DNA of 46,782 bases from Folioceros fuciformis (taxonomy: Eukaryota), in the NCBI GenBank assembly GCA_049999805.1, contig JBNGIO010006320.1, positions 130,842-177,623 of the forward strand, given 5' to 3'. Shown here piece after piece: positions 35,862 through 46,782 of this stretch. The notes beneath the pieces are model-generated. The model saw nothing but the letters and a program-made list of their open reading frames with translations, did not search any database and had not been told where the DNA came from. Position 1 is the stretch's first letter. The number at the start of each line of letters is the position of its first letter. Both the position numbers and the translations under genes were made by a program.

Positions 35862-37671
35862 ATGGGCAATGAGAGCAGGCTACTGCTGGGGATGCCGGTG
35901 CCGGGCTCGGGCGAGAGCGGGGGCGGCGACGACCAAGTCTCCAAGCAGAAATGTTGCGCCAAGAAGGTTGAGGGGTCAGGGGCGGTATGCCGATCGGGGC
36001 TGCGCTGCCGCTGCTCCGCGACGTGCCTGCTCTGGTATGCGGTGGTGATGTTCACCGGGCTGACTCTGCTGCTGAGAAACTTGGGCGACAGCGGGGCGCA
36101 CTGGCTGGGCCTGGTGGCCGGGGACTCGCTCGCGGACTCCGTGCTGGGAATGGGGATGGCTAAGGCGCAGGGGGAGTCCAGGAAGCGCATCCCCGGGACG
36201 AGCTTGTCTGGTGCGACTGTGAGCTCAGCCCGCCAGCATGTCGACTGCTTCTTCAGGTGAGGAGACGTCGTTGGGTGTGACCCGTTGATTTTTTTCTTGA
36301 CCCGGGTGCCGGGGTGTTTGTGTTGTGGATGGAGTCTGATGGGTTGACGTTTCTTGGCCTGCCTACTACGTCCTTTCTGGCTCGCGCTCTCCGTCTTGCC
36401 CCTTTGCAGCTCTGGGAAGTGGGTGTACGATCCCACCCCGCGGTACACGGTGCCCGCCTTCTTCTCGTCCCAAAGCCTCAAAAGCTGCGAGAAGGCGTTT
36501 CTCCAGGAAGTTCCCGGGGCAGTGGCGGGCGACGAGGCAAACGCCGTGGTTGCCAGGATCGCCGCTGGGAACGCGTCTGCCGCCGACTGGATTGTACGAA
36601 TTTGCGCGCCAAGCCCGGGCTTGTGTTCTTCTCATGATTCGTTTTAATGCTTGTTTTACTTGGTGTAGATGTGTGTGTCAAGAGGCAGAAACCAACATGA
36701 TGGTTGGGCTTGCTTTGTAATGATAGGTGCGAGATGCGCTCAAGTGGGATTGGCAAACAGACCAAGCGAGGTGCCCCCTGCTGCCGTTGGATAGGGAGGA
36801 TATGTGCAGGCGGATTGGGTCCCGCCGGAACGTGTTGGTGGTCGGGGATTCCATTAACCAGGAGCTTTACTGGACGCTGATGAACCACTTAGTGGGTAAT
36901 AACAGGACGGGGTGGAAGGTGCCTAGGAGCGCTGTGGAGCGCTATGTGCAGGGGGATCATGAGCTCTGCGCGGACGTGCTGGGAGGTCCCGGGCTCGGCT
37001 TCCGGGTTGGTCATGTGCGCAACGACCGCCTGTCGCTCACCCAGCGCTATCTGGAGGACAAGCACGCCAATTTCTACGAGCACCCGTGGGTGAACGTGGT
37101 GGAGCCTTGGAACATCTCCCTCTTCGTCTTCAACCGGGGGGCGCACTTTGAGCCGGACGAAGAGTACGCCGAGTCGCTCATCAACATCTACAGCGTCATC
37201 GCATCTCGCTGGCCGGACGCTCAGGTCCTCTACCGCAGCACTGCTCCAGGTTGGTGCCCTAGCTACATTGCGTCCTGTATTGTCCCTTCCACTCTTTGCT
37301 ATTGCTGTTGCTGCAGCCCGCTCGGGACTTCAAATTTGCCCACCTGCTTGCACTTGGGTGCCCTCTGTCCTGCAGGCCATGTGAATTGCACCAGCTACCA
37401 CGGCCCCATCCCGGAGCGCCAGTCCGAGGACACCCTGGCGGCATTCCATCCCCAGCGCTATCACTGGGCGGACTTCGCGCGGCAGAACGCCATCGCCAGG
37501 CGGATCACCGAGGCCTTCGGGCACATCTTCTTGGATCTGGAGGTCCCCATAGCTTTCCGCCCGGACAGTCATCTGACGGCCACGGACTGCTTACATTACT
37601 GCATGCCGGGGCCCCTCGACGTCTTCGGCAAGCTCTTCTACAACGTCATGAGGGTCCTGAACCCCAGCTGA
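35862..37671 (+). CDS. TBL / PC-esterase (PMR5-Cas1p)-like type II membrane O-acyltransferase
   Basis: Exons 35862-36256, 36410-36593, 36727-37249, 37376-37671. N-terminal TM helix, SGKWV, catalytic VVGDS, NRGAH, RSTAPGH-NC, RPDSH and DCLHYCMPGPLD. Confidence 0.85.
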
Positions 37672-38063
37672 TGTCATCAGTCTCGTGGGTTTGTTCAACC
37701 GATCATAACTGTAGGAAATCCCCGCCGCATGACGTGACAAAACAGTGCTTAAAATTAGGGCAGTCAACCGCCAAATGAGCTGTGCGAATTTCCGGAAATT
37801 AAACTGTACACTAGTGTCATACGATCCATCCCCACTTTTTTCCTTGAAGTTTAACCTGTTCGAAGGTTTCGGCACACAAATTTGTCCAACTGCACCAACG
37901 GCAATAACAATCTGCAGTACTTACAGATCTTGCCTTCTCGCAAGCCAGTCAAAGACAAATGGAAGTTCAATTGGTATCCTATTTTACACGAAGTAGACGA
38001 CGGCTTTGAGCTCCAGTACACATTCACAAACGGCTTGCGGGGTGAGATGGATGATGACGAGAA

Positions 38064-41000
38064 TCATTTATCGTCTCTCTCTGCAACAAGCAACCACAAC
38101 TGACTTAACAACCTTTAGTAGACGATACCAAGATTAGGAACCCTAAAGCGGCAGGTGAACTGGTACCTGATATTTGGAGGAGAACAGAACCATCCGAAAC
38201 TTGGTCCCCAACTGCACCGATAGCTCCCTGTATTACGCCAGAAATTGGCGCTCTCACGACATGCTGTATGCAACCACGAGCCACAGGCCGCCAAAAGATT
38301 CAGACCCGCTGCTGGGCGGTATAACAGTCATAATGAAAGTGCTCAAGAGACAGATCGACTACCTCCATCTTCATGGCCTCCAAAACCAGTAGCGGATCAT
38401 CGATCTGTACGGCGGCTCCACTCACTACGTACACTTTGACAATACGGCCTGACATCGGTGATGTCACAGCTCCTGGAACTTGAGAGCCTGTCGTTGCCTG
38501 CCTCTTGCTGGATTCTTCTCCAAGTACCTCTCTAACACCGAACATATTCACAGGCAAGCTGAACTGGTGATGCTCATCGCCAGCCCACAAATGTACATGG
38601 TTCATGGCACCCTACAGTTGCCATCCGACGTAACACGTATCAGCAAATTGTCCCTCGGACGTACTTCGTGGCAAGTTCTAAAATCAGCCACACGCACCTC
38701 ATTGTAATGTGCCAATGTCGCAGACGATGACACACCATCGACGTTGACTACGAGGTCTTGGCCACCATTGCCCACATCTTTCCGACTGATGATTGATATT
38801 TGCAATGATTGCTCCGCTTCAACCTGCAGTTGCACGAGTTCTCATCATACGCACGACCTGACACACTAAGCAATGCACGAATACAAGCGCAGAGTACAGA
38901 CCTGCACCGCAAACGTCAAGTCCCTTTTGTGGGTAACTTTAACATTGAACGGGATCACGAAATTGTGAGCAGCTTCATGCTTCCAGTCGAGCTGAACAAT
39001 CTGCGATAAGGTGTGATTGAGTCTGAAGCCATTCAGGGAAGGATGATTCCAGACTGAACCTCTCCCCTGATGTTTGCTTGCTATAAAGCCACAAAGTATG
39101 CCACAGTTAGCCCCGCCAGTGAAAATTACAAGGCACAGTGCCTCAGTCACTGAGATCATTACGCAGTTAGACCTACAGACCTTTCAAGGAAGTCTCATTG
39201 TCACCCGCACAGATAGCAGCTGCTGCAACGGCTGCTCCAACCTTCACACCGGGCCTTCTCAGAGTTGCCTCCTTCAAATCAGCACCACTTAACTCCGGTT
39301 GTGACGGCAACAGCTCCGACTTATGCCGTTCAATAAAATGTGTCTCAACCTCTCCAGCTTCAAATGCTAAATTCGAGGCGAGTGCCTTGAGGAAGTCAAT
39401 ATTGTTGGGTAGTCCAGCAATCTACAAGCCAGTTTTCTTTCAGGCCCTCTCCATCATCACTTTCTTGACGACACGCCTTCACCACCACATCACACATAAG
39501 CTGTATCTGCTATATCCTATCTCCATCCATGCACTTGAAGCCATGAGCGACCCAGGCGCACCGCTATACAAACTCCACACACTACAGGAGGCTTAAAAAG
39601 GGGGTGTGAAAAACCTGAAAGTCTGACAGCGCGGAGTGCAGTTTGGTCAAAGCCGCTTGACGGTTGTGACCCCAGGCTACTAGCTTAGCTATCATAGGGT
39701 CGTAGAACACACTGACAATGTCTCCACAGCTGACACCCGTTTCCACTCTTACTGATACATGACACAAACGTGATTCAGAAGTTGTGCACCTAAAGGTTGC
39801 CAAACAGCGTGAGAAGGGAGGTCGACTTGAGAGCTGTAACCTGTCTTGGAGGTTGAGGGCGGCTGAAAATGTCGCAACGTTCCAGAAGCAGGCAGAAACC
39901 CTTTCGGCACGTTCTCCGCATAAATACGAGCCTCAAAAGCATGGCCTTGACACATTTGAACAACAGTTCGAGTCAAGATTGGGCCCTGGTAAAAATTAAC
40001 AAAGCGTAGATGACGTCAAAGGGTACATACTGTACCAGAAAGACCAATCTCATGCTGCTGAAGAGGAAGCGGTTCACCATTTGCAACTCGTATCTGCCAC
40101 TCAACTAGGTCTTGTCCAGTGACCATCTCCGTCACCGGGTGCTCAACCTGCGCAACCAGTACATAAACCATTCGTATCAGCATAGGATTCGTACAACAAG
40201 TCAACCAGCTGGCACTGCATCCCCAGTACTGAAGTTCGTAAGCATTGCAAATTACTTCGAGGTACACCCTGCTCACGCTTGCAAACAAACAAGAAAAGGC
40301 TATCCTTAAAAATGTTCAAACCTGCAGTCGTGTATTCATTTCCATGAAGTAAAACTCTCCTGTAAGAGTATCCACAATGAATTCCACTGTTCCAGCACTT
40401 TCATATCCGACAGCCTGTTCAAAGAAACCGGGATCAAAGATGCAGCTTATCTTGCCTGCCAACAGCTACATACTGACAGAAGAGGCACAGTGAAAATGCA
40501 AGGAGATGGTGACCTTTGCGGCGTCTACTGCTGCCTGACCAATCCTGTTACGAAAATCTTCAGTGATGTGAGGCTGCATGAAAGCTAAAGAAGTCTCTGT
40601 TAGACAAAGTCACAGTTCAGTACCAATCTACACAGACCACAACGAGTCTTCCCATCAACTCTCGAAAGGCGACCTCCTACCGCTGGGGATTCCTCAATAA
40701 TCTTTTGATGCCTTCTTTGAACGCTGCAATCCCTTTCAAATAGGTGCACAACATTCCCATGCTTATCCCCAAATATCTGAAACAACAGACAACAAGGCTC
40801 TTTCAGCTAGTGGTCTATTGGCTACTATCTCCTGTCTCTGGATGCAGGTCAAACGGGTTGAACCCCTGCAGATCAAGTCGGACATTCACCAGGACCAGGA
40901 AGACAAGAGTTCGACTGGGACTACCTGCACTTCTATGTGCCTTGGTTGAGACAGGTATTTCTCGATGAGAACTTGATCATTGCCAAAGGCAGATTTTGCC

Positions 41001-42179
41001 TCACGCTGAGCTCCTGCTAAACTCTCCAAAAACTGGTTGGGATTATGAACAATTCTCATCCCCTGAAAAAGTGAGAACAAAACGCATCAGAGTTAGAACC
41101 AAGACCCTACATTTGACTGCAATCGGCCGCCTCCTTTACTCGACGTACCACCACCTACCATCTATGGTGCCATAAATGCATATACCTTTCCTCCACCGCC
41201 CTGTGTGGCCTTGATCAGCACCGGATAGCCAATCCTATCTGCTTCGCGCTTCAGGACTTCAGTGGTCTGATCGTCTCCATGGTATCCAGGCACAACAGGC
41301 ACACCCGCAGCAATCATCAAGCGCTTAGAGACACTGCGCACCAAAAAAAACACTTGAAAGAATCAACGGAGTTTACAAGCGCATCCATCATGGAAGTGGC
41401 ACCATGATTGTGCATGTTCTCACCTCTTATCTCCCATGTCATTTATGGCGGAGGACGGCGGACCAAGGAAGGAAATGCCCTGTTCCTTGCACTTTTCAGC
41501 GAATTGCATGTTCTCTGAGAGGAAGCCGTAACCTGGATGCACTGCCTGGACCAAACACGAAATCCAAAGCACGTCAGCAAAAACGCAAATAACTTGGGCA
41601 CACTAATCACACGCAGGAGCGAGGCACCCTCACCTGTGCGCCAGTCAATTTGACTGCCGCAAGAATGGCGGATCCATTGAGATAGCTCGCCGCGGCAGTA
41701 GCCGGGCCTATGAACACTGCTTCATCCGCCTCCCGCACGTGCATTGCCAACCTATCCTGCTCACTGTACACGGCTACAGTCTTCACTCCCATCCTCTTGC
41801 AAGTCTTAATAACGCGGCATGCGATCTCACCCCGGTTGGCGATCAGCAGTTTCTTGATCGGTTTCGCCCTAGGCAAATCCAAGGCCCCACCAGATGCAAC
41901 TCCAAAATCCGAGACCCCGCGGGTACTAGAGAAATCCTTCACACCGGGTAACCATCTTCCGACCGCAAACGGCGGACGCAAAACGCGCAGCGAAAGCTGA
42001 GGACGATTCAGCTCAGAGACAACACATAATGCCCGCACCAGCAAACCTCGAGGATCGAAAACCCGACCAGCTGCTCCACCATACGATCCTATGCACCGAC
42101 ATCCAGGAGGCACATAAGCCACACCCGAACAAGAACGCTGCCCGCACAACAGAAGGTGCAGAATTCTCTTGCGGCCCAT
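38064..42179 (-). CDS. MCCA: 3-methylcrotonyl-CoA carboxylase alpha (biotin-containing) subunit, mitochondrial
   Basis: Presequence, then [88 protein letters not shown] and the biotinyl site EAMKME. The last micro-exon (ERDDK*) is tentative. Confidence 0.92.
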
Positions 42180-42275
42180 GGTGACAATGGCTTAGTCTCA
42201 CACAAGCAACGTCTACACCAAAATACGCATCTACACCACGCGCCTCCCGAGGCCTGTCTGCCTGCCCTGCCCTTC

Positions 42276-42458
42276 CTACTTATTCAGCCCAATGCGCTGC
42301 GCGACCGAGGGCTTCAGCGGCTGCTCGTTGCACTGCAGAGACGCGGCCAGCTGCTGCTCCGAGGACATGCCAGCGGCTGCGGCGTTCCTCCGCGCCTCGT
42401 CGTATTCTTGCTTATCCTCCGCCTTCAGCTCCAACCGCGTAGGCTTCCGCCGCAACAT
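42276..42458 (-). CDS. CDC26: Anaphase-promoting complex subunit CDC26 (60 aa), immediately upstream of MCCA
   Basis: The N-terminus MLRRKPTRLELKAEDKQEYDEAR is the CDC26/APC12 signature, and the protein ends in RIGLNK like plant CDC26. ATG at 42458, TAG at 42276. Confidence 0.9.
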   Translation of the reverse strand: MLRRKPTRLELKAEDKQEYDEARRNAAAAGMSSEQQLAASLQCNEQPLKPSVAQRIGLNK

Positions 42459-42706
42459 CCTCGACCTCGACCTCGACCTCCTTCTCCTCCCCGCACCAAC
42501 CACGTAGCGCAGGAGCAAGGAACAACAGCCCAGCCGATGAGGCTGACAAAGCCAGTTGTCTTGCCTTTCGTCAACTGGACCCTCCACACAAATAGAGGCG
42601 ATGTATCTCTAGTTTCTCGAGGTTTGCCTGCAAACTGTCGATTCAATAAAAACGAGGATATACATATATGATATGCACTAACCGGATGTGTACGGACACG
42701 AAGAGG

Positions 42707-42715
42707 GCCACGTGG
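42707..42715. promoter_or_regulatory. G-box (GCCACGTGG) in the divergent CDC26/MCCA-catalase spacer
   Basis: Extended G-box with the palindromic CACGTG core in a 441-nt head-to-head spacer. Confidence 0.5.
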
Positions 42716-42899
42716 GGAGAGTGCGAAGTGGAGCTCCACTTGGCTAATTCTCGTCGTCTGCCCACCGGCTTACACATTTGGCATCGGCCTTCAGCGGTGA
42801 CTCCATGTCCAGCACACTGCAAGCCACGAGGTCCAGCTCAAGATCGAGCGCTTCTCAGAGCTGCGAATCTCTTATGCAATTTGATCTCGCCGTCCCACC

Positions 42900-45221
42900 A
42901 TGGATCCCAAGGCACCATTTGTTTCCGAAGCTTCCACCTTTTGCAAAATCTGAATCAAGCTTAGCGGAAGGATTGCCTGACAAGAGGAGTCCTAACCGAA
43001 TCGCGGGTTGTGCAGATGCGGCCTTCGAGTGCGCACAACTCGATGCACTTCACTACCAACCAAGGCGCGCCTGTGTGGAACAACAATTCCTCGCTCACCG
43101 TGGGCCCTAGAGGTGAGGCTCATTGCAACTTGCAATCGTAGCTGGACGTGGTCCAGGAGAAGAAGTGGAGAAGGTTGTTGATGCTGTGGTCAATTGCGAG
43201 GGTTGTGTAGGGCCGGTGTTGTTGGAGGATTACCATCTGGTGGAGAAATTGGCGCAGTTTGATCGGGAGCGGATCCCGGAGAGAGTGGTGCACGCGCGGG
43301 GATTCTCGGCGAAGGGATACTTCGAGGTGACGCACGACATGTCGCAGCTCACGTGCGCGGATTTTCTGAGAGCGCCGGGCGTGCAGACCCCGCTCATCGT
43401 GCGCTTCTCCACCGTCATCCACGAGAGAGGGAGCCCGGAGACGCTCAGGGATCCCCGGGGCTTTGCGGTCAAGTTTTACACCAGGGAGGGCAATTTTGAC
43501 ATGGTTGGGAACAACATTCCTGTGTTTTTCATCAGAGATGGGATGCAGGTACGTGTGAAGCTGGTTGTGGTTGGGTATGGGGGCGGTGGTTGAAACGTGG
43601 ATGCGTGGTTGGTGCAGTGGATTACTTGTGGATGGATTGGATGTGCAGTTCCCGGAGATGATTCATGCGCTGAAGCCCAATCCGAGGACGCACATTCAGG
43701 AGAGCTGGAGGATGATGGATTATTTCTCATTCGTTCCTGAGAGTTGCCACATGTTCACGTTTCTGTTCGATGACTGGGGGATTCCCGCTGATTTTAGGCA
43801 CATGGAGGGCTTCGGTGTCCATACTTTTAAGGTGAGAAGGGTGACAGTGTGACGGTTTTGGGGTGATGATGGAGGTCTACTGCTAGGGGGATCACGTGGA
43901 TGCTCACGTCGTGAATGTGGGCATACAGTTGATCAACAGCGAGGGGAAGGAGACATATGTTAAGTTCCATTGGAAGCCGACCTGCGGGCTTAAGTTTCTG
44001 CTGGACGATGAGGCTATCATTGTTGGTGGAACCAACCACAGTCATGCAACTAAAGACCTCTATGACTCAATTGCCGAGGGGAACTTCCCGGAGTGGAAGC
44101 TGTACGTACAGACCATGGACCCAGCGACTGAGCATCAGTACGAGTTTGATCCACTCGACGATACCAAGACTTGGCCTGAAGACCGCTTTCCTTTGCAGGT
44201 ATGCGTACATGTCTCATGAGCTGTCTCATCATGGCTAATCTCTTGTAACCTGTCTACACGTTAACTCTTGTGTTACTGTGGTAACAGCCAGTGGGGCGGA
44301 TGGTGCTGAACAAGAACATTGACAACTTTTTCAATGAGAACGAACAGCTTGCTTTCTGCCCTGGAGTCATCGTGCCAGGCATCTACTACACGGATGATAA
44401 GATGTTTCAGACCAGAATTTTCTCCTACTCAGACACACAGCGTCACAGGCTGGGTCCGAATTATCTCATGCTTCCAGTCAATGCTCCCAAGTGTCCTTAT
44501 CACAACAATCACCATGAAGGGTTCATGAATTTCATGCATCGGGATGAGGAGGTAACAAAGGTTGCACTGCCTTTCTTTCGTTTGGAGGTTTCCATATGCA
44601 TTCCTGACTTACATTTGTCTGGTAAAACAGGTGAACTACTTCCCGTCTCGGTACGATCCAACTCGTCATGCACAGCGGACCCCTGTACCGAGGAACCAAG
44701 TTTCAGGAGTTCGGGACAAGGTCGGAAGAGTCCTGTCCTATAATTTGAAACGAAAAACCCCGCAATAGTGACCGTTGTCTTCGCTAAGCTTGGTTGTATA
44801 CCTCCAGATCCACATCGACAGGGAGAACAACTTCCAGCAGCCCGGAGAACGATATCGCTCTTGGCCGAGTGACAGGTAATGACAAAACGAGCAGTTCGTG
44901 TATTGCTCCTCATGGTGGCTCTGGACTACATTTCCCGCCCAACGATCCCGTGTTGTGAATTTGGTTGCCCACAGGCAGGACAGGTTCGTAGAACGCTGGG
45001 TGAAAGCTCTCTCGGATCCGAAAGTAACGCACGAGATTCGGAGCGTTTGGTTGTCGTACTGGACACAGGTAAGTTGTTCTGTAGTTCATTCACGGGAACC
45101 CACCAAAGCTTCAGTGATTGGTAGACCTGATACGTCGTTTCCCTGTCTTCTGATGAATCAGTGCGATAAGGGGCTCGGTCGCAAACTCAATACCAGGTTG
45201 AATGTGAGATCTGCTATCTGA
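42900..45221 (+). CDS. CAT: Catalase (plant monofunctional heme catalase), 10 exons
   Basis: MDPK|MRPSS...[71 protein letters not shown]-terminal RLNVRSAI*. Confidence 0.96.
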
Positions 45222-45423
45222 ATCCGGGCGTTCATGACTCGTTAACCTATTAACTTGCTGGGTTTTGGCAAGTTAAAATGCTAGCTTATAAGTTTCGTTT
45301 GAGTTCTGTGCTTGCCTTTCGTACATAAAGGTTGTTTGGTTTGTGTACAGACATACCCGCTATCGATACCTCAGCATGGAAATGATATGTTAACCTGCGT
45401 GTCGAGTATGAAACGGACCTTTG

Positions 45424-46782
45424 TTATTTTACATCCCACTCACACTTAATTTGAGAGGGAGACTCAAATGATGTGAGCCACCTCTCTACATCCCGCTTCT
45501 TCGATCGCAGAGCACCTTGATTCTGTCTTTCAACTGCAAACGGGCTTTGCATACATCCTAGAATCCCAATTACCATGCCCTTGACCAAGGATTTCCCTTG
45601 GACTTCACTATGCCTGCCCCACCCAGTAACAACTTCGATCACTCCAGGAGAGATTGCATCGCGGTCACCATCAACTAGGAGCCCATGTAATTTTTGCAGC
45701 CAGAGCAAGAACGTCACGAGGGCAGTACCCAACTCCATTCCGTGGAGATCAACTCGGAAGGGTTGCAAAACTGCGTCCGCCAGGAGACCAAGAGCGAGCA
45801 ACTCCCGCACCACACTCAACTCGCCGTCTTCGGCATCCAAACTCTGCAGCACGAGAACAAGGTTCTCTGGACATCGTGACAAATGCTTAAGGACAGAGGC
45901 AGGTGTTGGTGATGCATTCCCGTCATCCAATTCTCCTCTGATCGCCACCCTGACCCTCTCCAAAACGGGATCAGAAAATGTTAACTTCGTTTCACCTTCA
46001 CAATGCAGGCTGCTGGCCATCAAATTAAGCATCGGACACGCCTTAGAAAGGGCATTCCAGGTACGCACGGATGGTGAAACTCCTGAAGCAGCCATAACGT
46101 GCATGATGTGCAGCATTCGGTCATACTGCTTGGCCTGCGAGTAGGCAGCAATATTCATGTTATACGCCGCTCGATCCACCTCCAACCCTAAACCCCTCAT
46201 CTCCGTGAACACCACTTCCATCTCTGTCAGCAACGCGCCCTTCCCGAAGGCCTCGAGCACCACTTTGTAGTCATCAGAGGACGGCCGTATCCCTGCCGCC
46301 TTCATACCCGCCAGCGCCTTTCCCGCTTCCAAGGGAAGCTCCAACACACTATAAGCCCGGAGCAACGCTCGCTGGCTCATCACCACAGCACTTCCAGCCT
46401 CCCGCATCTTCTCATAAACTCCAACCAGGCGCTCGCGAAGGCCGCACCGCGCATAGCTCTCGATCAGAGCACACTTGAATCGCAACGTGTGCTCCGCACT
46501 CCGCCCTGCTGAGACCTGGAGACACAAGGCTTCCGCCTCTTCGACCTGATCCATCTTCGTGAGCACAGCCACCAGCCGCGCCTGCAAGGCCACAGTGTCC
46601 CTATACCACGCCACGTCCTTCCCGCTGCGATACACCTTCAACCACCATCTGGCAAGATGCCCGTCAGCCCGCAACACAACTTGCTGCAACACCCGGAAAC
46701 GTAGACTGAAGACGCACCATGAGAGCCAGCTCCCACTCGTCCTGCTCCAGCAGCGCGTGCAGGAACTCCAGATGAACTGGCC
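45424..46782 (-). CDS. PPR-SMR protein (At2g17033-like), 3' part; starts beyond window
   Basis: Several PPR motifs, then an SMR domain VDLHGM...EVVTGWGRHS...SPFAVERQNQGAL. Probable intron 46636-46717 joins the upstream exon ...EWELALM. Confidence 0.85.
   Translation of the reverse strand, partial: GQFIWSSCTRCWSRTSGSWLSWCVFSLRFRVLQQVVLRADGHLARWWLKVYRSGKDVAWYRDTVALQARLVAVLTKMDQVEEAEALCLQVSAGRSAEHTLRFKCALIESYARCGLRERLVGVYEKMREAGSAVVMSQRALLRAYSVLELPLEAGKALAGMKAAGIRPSSDDYKVVLEAFGKGALLTEMEVVFTEMRGLGLEVDRAAYNMNIAAYSQAKQYDRMLHIMHVMAASGVSPSVRTWNALSKACPMLNLMASSLHCEGETKLTFSDPVLERVRVAIRGELDDGNASPTPASVLKHLSRCPENLVLVLQSLDAEDGELSVVRELLALGLLADAVLQPFRVDLHGMELGTALVTFLLWLQKLHGLLVDGDRDAISPGVIEVVTGWGRHSEVQGKSLVKGMVIGILGCMQSPFAVERQNQGALRSKKRDVERWLTSFESPSQIKCEWDVK

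Noticed and set aside
42180-42278. CDC26-MCCA stop-codon readthrough fusion
   Set aside because: Although the ATGs are in frame, a second in-frame TAG lies in the spacer. A fusion would also mask the mitochondrial presequence.
42459-42587. N-terminal extension of CDC26 shown in the ORF track (103 aa)
   Set aside because: It starts at a non-ATG codon, and CDC26 proteins begin at MLRRKP.

Overview
Gene-dense eukaryotic land-plant nuclear DNA. It carries about 20 protein-coding genes in 46.8 kb, with short (mostly 80-170 nt) GT-AG introns and very short intergenic spacers. This pattern suggests a compact seed-free plant genome such as a hornwort, but that is an inference. Genes left to right: 3' end of a TauE/SafE sulfite-exporter-family gene; intronless F-box gene; conserved plant unknown protein next to a 100-N gap; an AT-rich island with an unrecognised repeat protein and an ankyrin/coiled-coil gene; LEA_1; SKL2; WDR6/Trm734; a secreted alpha/beta-hydrolase; purple acid phosphatase; THO7; a P-class PPR; Tic20-V; a divergent EPF/EPFL-type peptide gene downstream of nested tandem repeats; an At5g64816-like Cys-rich protein; a TBL/PC-esterase-like O-acyltransferase; MCCA; CDC26; catalase; and a PPR-SMR gene. 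The most striking observation is a 60-aa CDC26 (APC/C subunit) ORF ending only 96 nt upstream of the MCCA start codon on the same strand. Plant CDC26 is known as a uORF on a bicistronic CDC26-TTM3 mRNA, so this is a candidate bicistronic transcript with a different partner. All calls come from reading the sequence and recognising motifs; no searches were run.
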